The position numbers were made by a program, and so were the translations under genes. Of a DNA stretch of 64,000 nucleotides, positions 48,028-57,842 are shown in pieces. The notes beneath the pieces were generated by a model that made no database searches, was not told the DNA's origin, and saw only the letters and a program-made list of their open reading frames with translations. Position 1 is the first letter of the stretch. Each line of letters starts with the position of its first letter. The DNA comes from an uncultured Actinomycetes bacterium (GTDB taxonomy: Bacteria; Actinomycetota; UBA4738; JACQTL01), in the NCBI GenBank assembly GCA_963707645.1, contig CAVPQW010000008.1, positions 3,547 to 67,546 on the forward strand. The letters run 5' to 3'.

Positions 48028-48055
48028 ATATTACGCCGCTCGCCTGTGATGTCAA
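48028..48055 (-). promoter_or_regulatory. Promoter TTGACA-N16-TAATAT for the ilv-leu operon
   Basis: Minus strand: TTGACA (48055-48050) and TAATAT (48033-48028). This is a near-consensus match in GC-rich DNA. Confidence 0.65.
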
Positions 48056-48139
48056 CCGACGGAATCGTCCCACCGGCGTCACCTGCCCTTTGAAACCGTT
48101 GCGGTGCAAGCGTTTCCGTGCTGCGAAAAACCCTCGCGG

Positions 48140-49834
48140 TCAGGCGCCCCCGGGGGTGCAGATCGCCCCGCGCGCGGCGGTGGAGACAAGGCTCGCGTAC
48201 TTGGCCAGGGCGCCGGTCGTGTAACGGGGCTCCGGGGCCTTCCAGCCGTCCCGGCGGCGGGCGAGCTCGGCATCGTCGACCTCGAGGTCGATGCGGCGGG
48301 CGTCCACATCGAGCACGATCGTGTCGCCGTCCTCGACCAGGCCGATCGGGCCGCCGACGGCGGCCTCGGGGGCGACGTGTCCCACGGCGAAGCCGTGGGA
48401 CGCGCCGCTGAAGCGCCCGTCGGTAACCAGGGCGACGTCCCGGCCGAGACCGGCGCCGACGATGGCGCCGGTCACGGCCAGCATCTCGCGCATCCCCGGC
48501 CCGCCCCTGGGGCCCTCGTAGCGGATCACGACGATGTCGCCCTTCCGGATCCGTCCGTGGGTGACCGCGTCGAAGGCGGCCTCCTCCGAGTCGAACACGC
48601 GCGCCGTCCCCCGGAATCCCCGTCCCTCCATGCCCACGACCTTCACGACCGCGCCGTCCGGGGCGAGGGAGCCCGTGAGCACGGCCAGGCCGCCGTGTGC
48701 ATGGATCGGCGAGCCGAGCGGCCGGACGACGTCGCCGTCCGGTCCGGCGGGATTCAGCTCGGCCAGATTCTCGGCGACGGTCCTCCCGGTGACGGTGAGG
48801 GCGTCGCCGTGCAGCAGCCCGGCGTCGAGCAGCTCCCGCATCAGCACGGGAACGCCGCCCACGCGGTCGAGGTCGCTCATGACGAACCGCCCGGCGGGGC
48901 GAACGTCGGCGATGTGCGGCGTCCGCCGGCTGATCCGGTCGAAGTCCGCCAGCTCGAGGTCGACATCCGCCTCCGCCGCGATCGCCAGCAGGTGGAGCAC
49001 CGCGTTCGTCGATCCGCCGCACGCCATCACCACGGCGATGGCGTTCTCGAACGCCTCCCGGGTGAGCACGTCGCGGGGGCGGAGCCCTGCCTTGAGGCAG
49101 GCCACCGCCGCCGCGCCGGACGCGCGCGCGAACTCGTCCCTCCGCGGGTCCACCGCCGGCGGACCCGCGGACCCCGGCAGCGACATGCCGATCGCCTCGG
49201 CCGCGGTGGCCATCGTGTTCGCCGTGTACATCCCGGCGCACGATCCCGGTCCGGGGCAGGCGAGCGATTCCAATTCGTGGAGCTCCTCGTCGGTCATCCG
49301 GCCCGCGGCGTGCGCGCCGACGCCCTCGAACACGTCCTGGATCGTGACGTCGCGGCCCTGCCAATGGCCGGGCAGGATCGTGCCGCCGTACAGGAACACC
49401 GACGGGAGGTTGAGGCGGGCGGCGGCCATGAGCATCCCGGGCAGGCTCTTGTCGCAGCCGGCGATCGTGACCATGCCGTCCATGCGCTCGGCATGCATCA
49501 CGAGCTCGACGGAGTCGGCGATGACCTCGCGGGACACCAGCGACGCGCGCATCCCCTCGTGGCCCATCGCGATGCCGTCGGACACCGCAATCGTCGTGAA
49601 CTGGATCGGCACGGCGCCGGCGTCGCGCGCGCCCGCCTTCGCTTGCAGCGCAAGGCGATCGAGGTGCACGTTGCAGGGAGTGACCTCGTTCCAGGACGAC
49701 GCGATTCCGACCTGGGGCTTGTCGAAGTCCTCGTCGCCGAACCCGACGGCGCGGAGCATGGCGCGGGCGGGCGCGCGCTCGGGGCCATCGGTCACGTCGC
49801 GGCTGCGCGGGCGGGTGGGGTCGCTCGTGGTCAT
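48140..49834 (-). CDS. ilvD: Dihydroxy-acid dehydratase
   Basis: 564 aa, intact. [13 protein letters not shown]..., [45 protein letters not shown]. Confidence 0.95.
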   Translation of the reverse strand: MTTSDPTRPRSRDVTDGPERAPARAMLRAVGFGDEDFDKPQVGIASSWNEVTPCNVHLDRLALQAKAGARDAGAVPIQFTTIAVSDGIAMGHEGMRASLVSREVIADSVELVMHAERMDGMVTIAGCDKSLPGMLMAAARLNLPSVFLYGGTILPGHWQGRDVTIQDVFEGVGAHAAGRMTDEELHELESLACPGPGSCAGMYTANTMATAAEAIGMSLPGSAGPPAVDPRRDEFARASGAAAVACLKAGLRPRDVLTREAFENAIAVVMACGGSTNAVLHLLAIAAEADVDLELADFDRISRRTPHIADVRPAGRFVMSDLDRVGGVPVLMRELLDAGLLHGDALTVTGRTVAENLAELNPAGPDGDVVRPLGSPIHAHGGLAVLTGSLAPDGAVVKVVGMEGRGFRGTARVFDSEEAAFDAVTHGRIRKGDIVVIRYEGPRGGPGMREMLAVTGAIVGAGLGRDVALVTDGRFSGASHGFAVGHVAPEAAVGGPIGLVEDGDTIVLDVDARRIDLEVDDAELARRRDGWKAPEPRYTTGALAKYASLVSTAARGAICTPGGA

Positions 49835-50001
49835 GGTTCGCCTCGCTTCGTTGCTGGAGCCGGAAGCGCGGAGTGTACGCCGTTCGGTTCGTTACACAGT
49901 GTTCACACCGAGGAAACCGGCCCGAAAACGGTTGGGGCATACGGTTCTTTGGACACGAGCGATGGAAGCGGACCGGGTGAGGGTCCGGCGGAAGGAGCGA
50001 C

Positions 50002-50211
50002 ATGGCGTTGTGGGACGTGCTCGTCACCACGCATGACGAGGATGGGAAGCGGGTGAGCGAGGTGCTCGGCTCGTACGGGCCGGGCGAGCTCGGCGACGCG
50101 GTGGCCGAGGCCTGCCGCCGGGCCGAGGAGATCGGCGGCGGCATCCAGGTGGTCCGCCACATCGCGCGCCCCGCCCCGGCCCGCCCGTCCGAAACGGCAA
50201 GAGTGGCGTGA
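50002..50211 (+). CDS. Small hypothetical protein (69 aa)
   Basis: ATG 50002 with [66 protein letters not shown]... No family recognised. Confidence 0.45.
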   Translation: MALWDVLVTTHDEDGKRVSEVLGSYGPGELGDAVAEACRRAEEIGGGIQVVRHIARPAPARPSETARVA

Positions 50212-50366
50212 CGCCGTGCCACGGCGTGCCCGCGCCCGCAACCACGGTCCACCGATCGCCAGGGCGTGTTCCCGTGTCCCAGTCGCTGCTCCGGTTCGAC
50301 GGGCTTCGCTGGCGTTCGGTGCCGTTCGGGCGGTGGCCGGGCAGGACAACTCGCAGGCAGGCGTGT

Positions 50367-50394
50367 TTGACATTCCGGAGGCCCTCCCTATACT
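50367..50394 (+). promoter_or_regulatory. Promoter TTGACA-N16-TATACT upstream of gltB
   Basis: TTGACA at 50367-50372 and TATACT at 50389-50394. It leaves a roughly 160-nt 5' UTR before GTG 50562. Confidence 0.5.
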
Positions 50395-50561
50395 CCGCCC
50401 CCAACATGCGCGGACGGAGGAACACTTCGGGCACCATCACGAAGACCGTACGAGCTGCGTAGGCGCGGGCGGGGCCGTTCCCCGTTCCGCGCACCAGGGA
50501 CCTCCCGGAGATCCGGGGGGTCTCGTCATATCGGGCGCCGGGTGAGGCGAGAGGAGGCGAC

Positions 50562-53500
50562 GTGCAGCCGAACGACCGCGAGCGCGACGCCTGCGGCACC
50601 GGCTTCGTCGCCGACGCGGCGGGCTCCGCGAGCCGCGACGTCGTGGAGCGGGCGCTCGAGGCCCTGTGCCGTGTGCGTCACCGCGGAGCCACCGACGCCG
50701 ACGCGAAGACGGGCGACGGCGCCGGCCTCCTCTTGCAGATCCCCCGGGCGCTCCTCGCCGCGGAGCTGACCCGCCTCCGCATCCCGCACCTCGATCCCGA
50801 CCGGCTCGGCGTGGCGATGCTGTTCCAGCGTGCGTCGCTCTCCGACCTCGAGCTCCGACGGGCCGCCGACCGCGCCTTCCGCGCCGAGGGCATGGAGGTC
50901 GTGGCATGGCGCGAGGTGCCGGTCGACCCGACCGCGCTCGGGCAGCGAGCGCTCGAGACCCGGCCCCGCATCGTCCAGGCGCTGTTCGTCGGGCCCCGTG
51001 ACCGCTCGGTGGAGCGCGCCGAGCGGGCGTGCCACCGGGCACGGCGACGGCTCGAGGCGTCGACGCGCGCGGTGGCGCCGGGCTCGCTCTACGTCGCGTC
51101 GTGTTCGTTCCTGACCGTCACGTACAAGGCGCTCGTCGCCGCCGACGGCCTGGCGAACTACTACCCCGACCTGTCGGACGCGCGCGTCGCGTCGGCATTC
51201 GCGCTGTTCCACCAGCGGTATTCGACGAACACGACCCCGACCTGGGAGCGCGCGCAGCCGTTCCGGATGCTCTGCCACAACGGCGAGATCAACACGATCA
51301 GCGGAAACGTCCACCGGATGCGGGGTCGGGAGGGCCGGCTGGGCACGGCGTCGATCCTCGACGAGGAGCTGCTGAAGCCGGCCATCGACGAGGACGGCAG
51401 CGACTCCGCGATGCTCGACAACGCGGTCGAGCTGCTGACGCGGGAGGGCGCCGACCCCGACGAGCCGCGCGACATCCGCCAGGTCATGGCCATGCTCGTG
51501 CCGGCGGCGTGGGAGGGCATCCCCGACCTCGACGACGACGTGCGCGGGTTCTACCGCTGGCACGCCGCGATCATGGAACCCTGGGACGGCCCGGCCGCGC
51601 TGGTGTTCACCGACGGCGTGCGGGTCGGGGCGTGCCTCGACCGGAACGGCCTGCGGCCGCTGCGGTGGTACGACTGCGAGGACGGCCTGGTGGCATGTTC
51701 CTCCGAGGCGGGCTCGGTCGACGTGAGCGGGCGCGGCGCCGTCCGGCGGGGCAAGCTCGGGCCGGGGCAGATGATCGTCGTCGACCCGGCCGATGGCGGG
51801 CTCCAGCTCGACCCGGTGCGGCGGGTGGCCTCTCGGGCCGCCTACGGCGATTGGGCGGACAAGGAGCTCTCCCAGCAGTCCTCCGGCGAGACGGCCGCGC
51901 CGGCCATCGAGGACATGGCGCGTTTGCAGTCGCTTCATGGGTACACGCGCGAGGAGCTGTCCGTGGTGCTGCGGCCGGCGGCCCGGGAGGGCAAGGAACC
52001 CACCTATTCGATGGGCGACGACACCGCCATCGCGCCGTTCTCTTCGTGGAAGCGGCCGCTGTACAACCACTTCAAGCAGCGGTTCGCTCAGGTCACCAAC
52101 CCGCCGATCGACCACCTCCGGGAACGTCACGTGTTCTCGATCCGGACGGTGCTCGGGCCGCGCGACCCGGTGCTGTGGGAACGGCCCGAGGCCGCGTCGA
52201 TGTTCGAGTACCCGTCGTTCCTGCTGTTCCGGCCTCCCGGCGGGTTCCACCTCGACGCGACCTGGCCGGTGGCCGAGGGTGTCGCGGGCATGCGCGCGGC
52301 CGTCGAGCGGATGGCCGCAGCCGCGGTGCGAGCGGCGACTCTCGGGAGCGGGATTCAGGTCGTGTCGGACGAAGAGGCCTCATCCGACAGGGCGCCGGTT
52401 CCCGCGCTGCTGGCCGTCGGCGCAGTGAACACGGCCTTGGTGCGTGCCGGGCATCGGACGCGGACGTCGATCGTCGTTCAGACCGACGACGCGCGGGAGT
52501 CGCACCACGTCGCGTGCCTGCTGGCGTTCGGCGCGGAGGCGGTGTTCCCGCGTCTGGCGCTGGCGACGGTCGCGGCCGCCGCGCGGGGGTCGGCCGAGGA
52601 AGCGCTGCTGAGCTGGCGCACCTCCGTCGAGGAGGGCGTGCTGAAGGTCATGGCCAAGCTCGGGATCTCGTGCGTCGACTCCTACCGGGGCGCGCAGACG
52701 TTCGACGCGGTCGGGATCTCGCAGGACGTCATGGAGCTGTGCTTCCCGGGGTCGGTGTCGCCGCTCGGCGGGCTGACGTTCGAGGACATCGCTTCCGACG
52801 TGCTGGAACGGCACGCGGCGCTCTTCCCCTCGGAAACGCCGCCCGCGCTGGTCAGCCCGGGGTACGTGAAGTTCCACAAGGGCGGCGAGTACCACGAGAC
52901 GAACCCCGACGTGGTCCGTTCGCTGCACCGGACCGTGGACCCCGACCTGGCGTCCCTGAAGTCGACCGCGGCGGGCGACGGCGACTCCCAAGAGATCGAC
53001 GAAGCGCCGCCGGCATCGGACGATGACATGGTGGCCGCGGCGCACGCGTTGCAGCGGGCGGTGCGCTCGCCGGGCGACCCGGAACGGTACGCGCGGTTCG
53101 CGGCGCTGGTCGACTCCAGGCTTCCTGCCGAGCCCCGCGACCTGCTCGAGTTCCTTCCGGCGGGTGAGCCCGTTCCGGTCGAGGGGGTCGAGCCGGCGTC
53201 GGCCATCCTGCGGCGGTTCTCGACGGGCGCCATCTCGCACGGGGCGATCTCGGCCGAGGCGCACGAGACGCTGGCGCTCGCGCTCAACATGGTCGGCGGC
53301 AGGTCGAACACCGGCGAGGGCGGCGAGGACCCGGCGCGCTACCGGACGCCGAAGAACTCCAAGATCAAGCAGGTCGCCAGCGGACGGTTCGGCGTGACGC
53401 CCGAGTACTGCTCGTTCGCCGAGGAGCTCCAGATCAAGATGGCGCAGGGCTCCAAGCCCGGCGAGGGCGGGCAGCTCCCGGGCCACAAGGTCACCGACGA

Positions 53501-55059
53501 GATCGCGCGCCTGCGGCACACCCAGCCCGGCGTGGCGCTGATCTCGCCGGCGCCGCACCACGACATCTACTCGATCGAGGACCTCTCGCAGCTGATCTAC
53601 GACCTCAAGCAGGTGAACCCGTCCGCGGACGTCAGCGTCAAGCTCGTCGCGGAGGTCGGCGTCGGCACCATCGCCGCCGGGGTCGCCAAGGGCCTCGCCG
53701 AGGTCGTCCACATCAGCGGTTCCGACGGAGGAACCGGCGCCTCGCCACTCTCTTCCATCAAGAACGCCGGCCTGCCCTGGGAGATCGGCCTCGCCGACAC
53801 GCAACAGGCGCTCGTCGAGAGCGGCCTCCGCGGGCGCGTTCGGGTCCGCGTCGACGGTGGGTTCAAGACGGGCCGCGACGTCATGGCGGCGGCGCTGCTC
53901 GGCGCGGACGAGTTCTCGTTCGGAACGGCGGCGCTGCTCGCCGAGGGCTGCATCATGGTCCGCTCCTGCCACCTGGACACGTGTCCGGTGGGGATCGCGA
54001 CGCAGAAGCCGGAGCTCCGCTCGAAGTTCGCAGGGACGCCGGAGATGGTGGCCGCCTACCTGACCGCGGTGGCCGAGGACGTCCGGGCGCGGCTGGCATC
54101 GCTCGGCTTGCGGTCGCTCGACGAGGCGGTCGGGCGGACCGATCTGCTGCGGCAGCGCGCTCCGTCGTCGAAGGCCGACGTGGTGGACCTCTCGGCGTTG
54201 CTGGCGCCGGTCGCCGACGAGCGGTCGTTCACCGGAACCCTTGCGCTGCAACGGATGCACAGCGCTTTCGGGGACCGGGTGTACGAGGACGCGTGGCCGG
54301 CCGTCCGCGACGGCTGGTCGGTCCGGCTGGCGTTCGAGATCGGGAACGGCGACCGGACGGTGGGCGCGCGGCTCGGCGGCGCGATCGGCCACGAGTTCGG
54401 CGAGGGCGCGCCTCCCGGCAACGCCGGCGTCGCGTTCCGAGGCCACGCGGGCCAGTCCTTCGGCGCGTTCCTGGCCTCCGGGGTCGAGTTCCACCTGGTG
54501 GGCGAGGCGAACGACTACGTCGGCAAGGGCATGGGCGGCGGCCGCATCGTGATCACGCCCCCGGCCGGCGACGCGGGCGACCCCTGGCTGGCCGGCAACA
54601 CGGTGCTGTACGGCGCCACGGGCGGAGAGCTGTTCGTCAACGGCCGCGTCGGCGAGCGCTTCGCCATCCGCAACTCAGGCGCGCTCGGCGATCGTCGAGG
54701 GCGCCGGCGAACACGCCTGCGAGTACATGACCGGCGGCACCGTGATCGTCCTCGGCCCGGTCGGCATGAACGTCGGCGCCGGGATGACCGGCGGCCGGGC
54801 GTTCATCTGGGATCCGGACTGGACCCTCGACCGCTACCTCAACGCCGAGCTCGTCGAGCACCGTTCCCTCGAGGACGACGAGATCGAGGAACTCCGAACC
54901 CTCATCACCCGGCACGCCGCGCTGACCGGCAGCCCGCGGGCGCTCGCGATGCTCGACGACTGGCCGCGGGCCCACCGCGAGTTCCGCCTGGTCGAACCCC
55001 GCCCCGAGGTCGCCGCGATCACCAGAAGGAACGAAGGAACCCGCGCCACGAAGGGCTAG
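50562..55059 (+). CDS. gltB: Glutamate synthase large subunit (GltB/Fd-GOGAT-like); one frameshift near 54688
   Basis: ORF 50562..55151 (ERDACGTGFVA amidotransferase Cys1, FHQRYSTNT, the FMN domain and the GXGXG beta-helix domain). The end continues in ORF 54727..55059 (EYMTGGTVIVLGPVGMNVGAGMTGG...). Confidence 0.95.
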
Positions 55060-55134
55060 GCGGGGCCCTTCGTCGAAGTATCGAAAGCGAGCCCGGGCCA
55101 TGCGTGCCCTGTATCGTTCGTGTCGAGGTATCAG

Positions 55135-55704
55135 ATGCCGAGCGCACATGAGTCCGTCACGGCGACCTCTTCAGCCACGAAGCGGGAGCGCATCCTCATC
55201 GCGGCCCACCGTGGAGAGGGAATGGATTCGCCCGGCGACCAGCTCACCGCTCTGCTCGACGCGGCGAACGCGCTCTCGCGGGCGTCGATCCCGTACGCGC
55301 TGATCGGCGGGATCGCCGTCGGAATCCACTCTCAGGTACCGAGGGCCACGCAGGACATCGATGTCGCCGTGCCTTCCACGGCGTCACGTGAAGCGATCAT
55401 CACCGCTCTCCAGTCCCAAAGCTTCGAGCTCGTGGGCGAATTCCCCCACAGCCTCAACCTTCGGCACCCGAACGGGGAGCGCGTTCAGGCTGCCATCGAT
55501 CCGCTCTTCGACGAGATGATCGAACGGGCGGAACAGGTCGTCGTCGGGGGGACATCGATCCACATCGTCACCGCGGCGGACCTCCTTGCGATGAAGGAAC
55601 GAGCTGCTGCTGATCCGGCACGGAGGCGGAGCAAGGCGCTCCGTGACCAGGCGGACATCGAATTGCTTCGCGGTGACGTGCCCGATCCGGACGAAGGCTG
55701 GTAG
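55135..55704 (+). CDS. Nucleotidyltransferase-fold protein (stand-alone, MNT/DUF2204-like)
   Basis: ORF 55120..55704, ATG 55135 with GAGG upstream. IPYALIGGIAVGIHSQVPRATQDIDVAV matches the G-G...D-x-D polymerase-beta NTase motif. LLAMKERAAADPARRRSKALRDQADIELL is the C-terminal helix typical of such proteins. Confidence 0.55.
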   Translation: MPSAHESVTATSSATKRERILIAAHRGEGMDSPGDQLTALLDAANALSRASIPYALIGGIAVGIHSQVPRATQDIDVAVPSTASREAIITALQSQSFELVGEFPHSLNLRHPNGERVQAAIDPLFDEMIERAEQVVVGGTSIHIVTAADLLAMKERAAADPARRRSKALRDQADIELLRGDVPDPDEGW

Positions 55705-55821
55705 CCATGCGGCCGGACGGTCGCTAGCAACCGGTTGCCCGGTCTGGTCGACTACGGCTACGATCGCCGCACAACCGAATACGCAAACGTCCTCCGGTTC
55801 CTGTAAAGCCGGAGGGCGAGA

Positions 55822-55928
55822 GCCTCATCCAGAGAGGTGGAGGGACAGGCCCTGTGAAGCCTCGGCAACCCCGGACTGCGGGGTGCCAATTCCTGCCGGT
55901 GGTGATCGAGCCGCCGGAGAGATGAGGG
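55822..55928 (+). promoter_or_regulatory. SAM-I (S-box) riboswitch aptamer
   Basis: CUCAUCCAGAGAGGUGGAGGGACAGGCCCUGUGAAGCCUCGGCAACC...GGUGCCAAUUCCUGCC...GGAGAGAUGAG matches the S-box consensus almost box for box. Downstream lie a weak hairpin plus T-run (55962-55983) and an SD-sequestering hairpin CCTCCTC(55995-56001)/GAGGAGG(56010-56016). Confidence 0.85.
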
Positions 55929-56021
55929 GAGTTCTGAGACTTCGGAGGCTCGTCGGCACACAAGCCGGCGGGCTTCTTTCGTTCCTGGGACTGCCCTCCT
56001 CGGGCTCATGAGGAGGACGCC

Positions 56022-57257
56022 ATGTCGCGTTACCTGGAAGGACTGCGGTGCCGGGCCTGCGATGCCCGCTACCCGGCCGAGGTTCGTTCGATCTGCGACG
56101 AGTGCTTCGGGCCGGTCGAGCCGTTCTACGACGAGGAACGCCTGCGCGCCGAGATCTCGCGTGAGGAGATCGCCGCTGGGCCCCGTTCCCTGTGGAGATA
56201 CGAGGCGCTGCTGCCCGCCACCCGGAACCCGGACGTCGACCTCGGGGATGGGTGGACTCCGCTCCGGCACGCCAAGCGGCTCGGCGCCGAGCTCGGGCTT
56301 CCGAACCTGTGGCTCAAGGACGAGACGCGGAACCCGACGCACTCGTTCAAGGACCGGGTCGTCTCGGTCGCGCTGACCAAGGCGGTCGAGTTCGGCTACG
56401 GAACCGTCGGGTGTGCGTCGACCGGCAACCTGGCGAACGCGGTTGCCGCCCACGCCGCGGCCGCCGGACTGCGAGCGGTCACCCTCGTGCCGCAAGGCCT
56501 CGAGCCGGCCAAGCTCACGGCGTCCGCCGTCTACGGCGCCACGCTGGTCGAGGTCGACGGGACCTACGACGACGTCCAGCGGTTGTGTTCCGAGGCCGAC
56601 GAGGAGCTCGAGACGTGGGCGTTCGTCAATGTGGGCCTGCGGCCGTACTACGCGGAGGGTTCCAAGACGATCGCTCTTGAGACCGCGGAGCAGCTCGGCT
56701 GGCGCGCGCCCGATCACGTCGTCGTGCCGGTCGCCTCCGGCGCGCTGCTCACCAAGGTCGCCGAGGGGTTCCGCCAGCTCCATCGCGTCGGCCTGCTCGA
56801 CGAGGAGCCCAACGTCCGCGTCTCCGGCGCCCAGGCGCAGGGCTGCTCCCCGGTCGCCTCCGCGTTCCTCGAGGGAAGCGACGAGGTGCGGCCCGTCCGC
56901 TACCCGGACACGATCGCGAAGTCCTTGGCGATCGGCGCCCCGGCCGATGGCTACTTCGCGCTGGACGAGGTCCGTCGCTCGAACGGCGCGCTCGCCGCCG
57001 TCACCGACGACGAGATCGTCGAGGCCGTCGGCCTGCTCGCCCGCACCGAGGGCGTCTTCGCGGAGACCGCGGGCGGCGTGACGATCGCCACGCTCCAGCG
57101 ACTTGCCTGTCTCGGCGTGGTCAAGCCGGACGAGACCGTCGTCGCGTACATCACCGGGATGGGACTGAAGACGCTCGACGGCTTCGGAACGAGGTTCGGC
57201 CTCGAGGCCACGATCGGCCCGAAGCTCGAAGCGCTCCTGGAGGCAGTCCCCGCGTAG
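56022..57257 (+). CDS. Threonine synthase-like PLP enzyme with N-terminal zinc ribbon (possibly MetM-type homocysteine-forming enzyme)
   Basis: 411 aa, intact. CRACDARYPAEVRSICDECFG zinc ribbon, PLP-lysine motif NPTHSFKDRV, and GCASTGNLANA. It lies directly behind the SAM-I riboswitch. Confidence 0.85.
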   Translation: MSRYLEGLRCRACDARYPAEVRSICDECFGPVEPFYDEERLRAEISREEIAAGPRSLWRYEALLPATRNPDVDLGDGWTPLRHAKRLGAELGLPNLWLKDETRNPTHSFKDRVVSVALTKAVEFGYGTVGCASTGNLANAVAAHAAAAGLRAVTLVPQGLEPAKLTASAVYGATLVEVDGTYDDVQRLCSEADEELETWAFVNVGLRPYYAEGSKTIALETAEQLGWRAPDHVVVPVASGALLTKVAEGFRQLHRVGLLDEEPNVRVSGAQAQGCSPVASAFLEGSDEVRPVRYPDTIAKSLAIGAPADGYFALDEVRRSNGALAAVTDDEIVEAVGLLARTEGVFAETAGGVTIATLQRLACLGVVKPDETVVAYITGMGLKTLDGFGTRFGLEATIGPKLEALLEAVPA

Positions 57258-57362
57258 CTGATCCGGGAAGGTCCTCCGTCCCTCCGGCGCCGGGACATCC
57301 GGCCCCCGAGGTGTTCGATCTGCAGGCCTACGGTGGGGTCGAGAACACCGAAGGAGGCCACC

Positions 57363-57842
57363 ATGGCAGCCACCGCCGAGAAGGTCCGGAAGCTCCCCGT
57401 TCCGAAGGCTCCGAAGGCTCCGGACGTCGTCATCAACAGCGTCGAGATCACCATCTCGATGGCGGCGCCGTTCGTGTTCGGCGTTCCGCTGCGGCTGGTG
57501 AACTGGCTGCTCGTACGCCTCGGCCTGGTCACGAAGGACGAGCTGGCCGCCATGATCGAGCCTGAGGCAACCGTCCCCGCAGTCGAGTCGCCAAGCCCGC
57601 CGCCAAGCCCCGGACGGCAAAGCCTCGCGCGGCCTGTCCGGAGAACGCCGCCGACCGACCGTCAGCGCAGCCGACGAAGCGCGACCACCGCCACGTCGTC
57701 CTCGGCCCGGCCATCCGACGACGCCGCCGCGCCGGCGATCGCGTCCGCGAGCTCGTCCGCGGACGACCAATCGAGCGACACGAACGAGCGTCCATCGCGC
57801 GTTCCTCTGCGAGGACATCGCGGGTCTCGATCCCGTCCGTGA
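57363..57842 (+). CDS. Small hypothetical protein; 3' end uncertain
   Basis: ATG 57363 with GAAGGAGG RBS, inside ORF 57333..57842. MAATAEKVRKLPVPKAPKAPDVVINSVEITISMAAPFVFGVPLRLVNWLLVRLGLVTKDELAAMIEP looks genuine. The Pro/Ser/Arg-rich remainder overlaps the convergent phosphatase gene by about 180 nt and may result from a frame error. Confidence 0.4.
   Translation: MAATAEKVRKLPVPKAPKAPDVVINSVEITISMAAPFVFGVPLRLVNWLLVRLGLVTKDELAAMIEPEATVPAVESPSPPPSPGRQSLARPVRRTPPTDRQRSRRSATTATSSSARPSDDAAAPAIASASSSADDQSSDTNERPSRVPLRGHRGSRSRP

Noticed and set aside
48126-48139. T5 run right after the ilvD stop (minus strand CCGCGAGGGTTTTT) as an ilvD terminator
   Set aside because: No complementary 5' arm precedes it. 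It merely resembles the 3' arm of the true attenuator terminator at 47881-47911.
47385-50252. Upstream 950 codons of the giant 1541-aa ORF 45627..50252
   Set aside because: Only the last 585 codons are IlvB. The rest reads through orf125, the leader/attenuator and ilvD in a wrong frame (Arg/Pro/Gly-rich).
50406-50462. 18-codon uORF (MRGRRNTSGTITKTVRAA) in the gltB leader
   Set aside because: No enrichment of any regulatory codon, no associated terminator, and no RBS.
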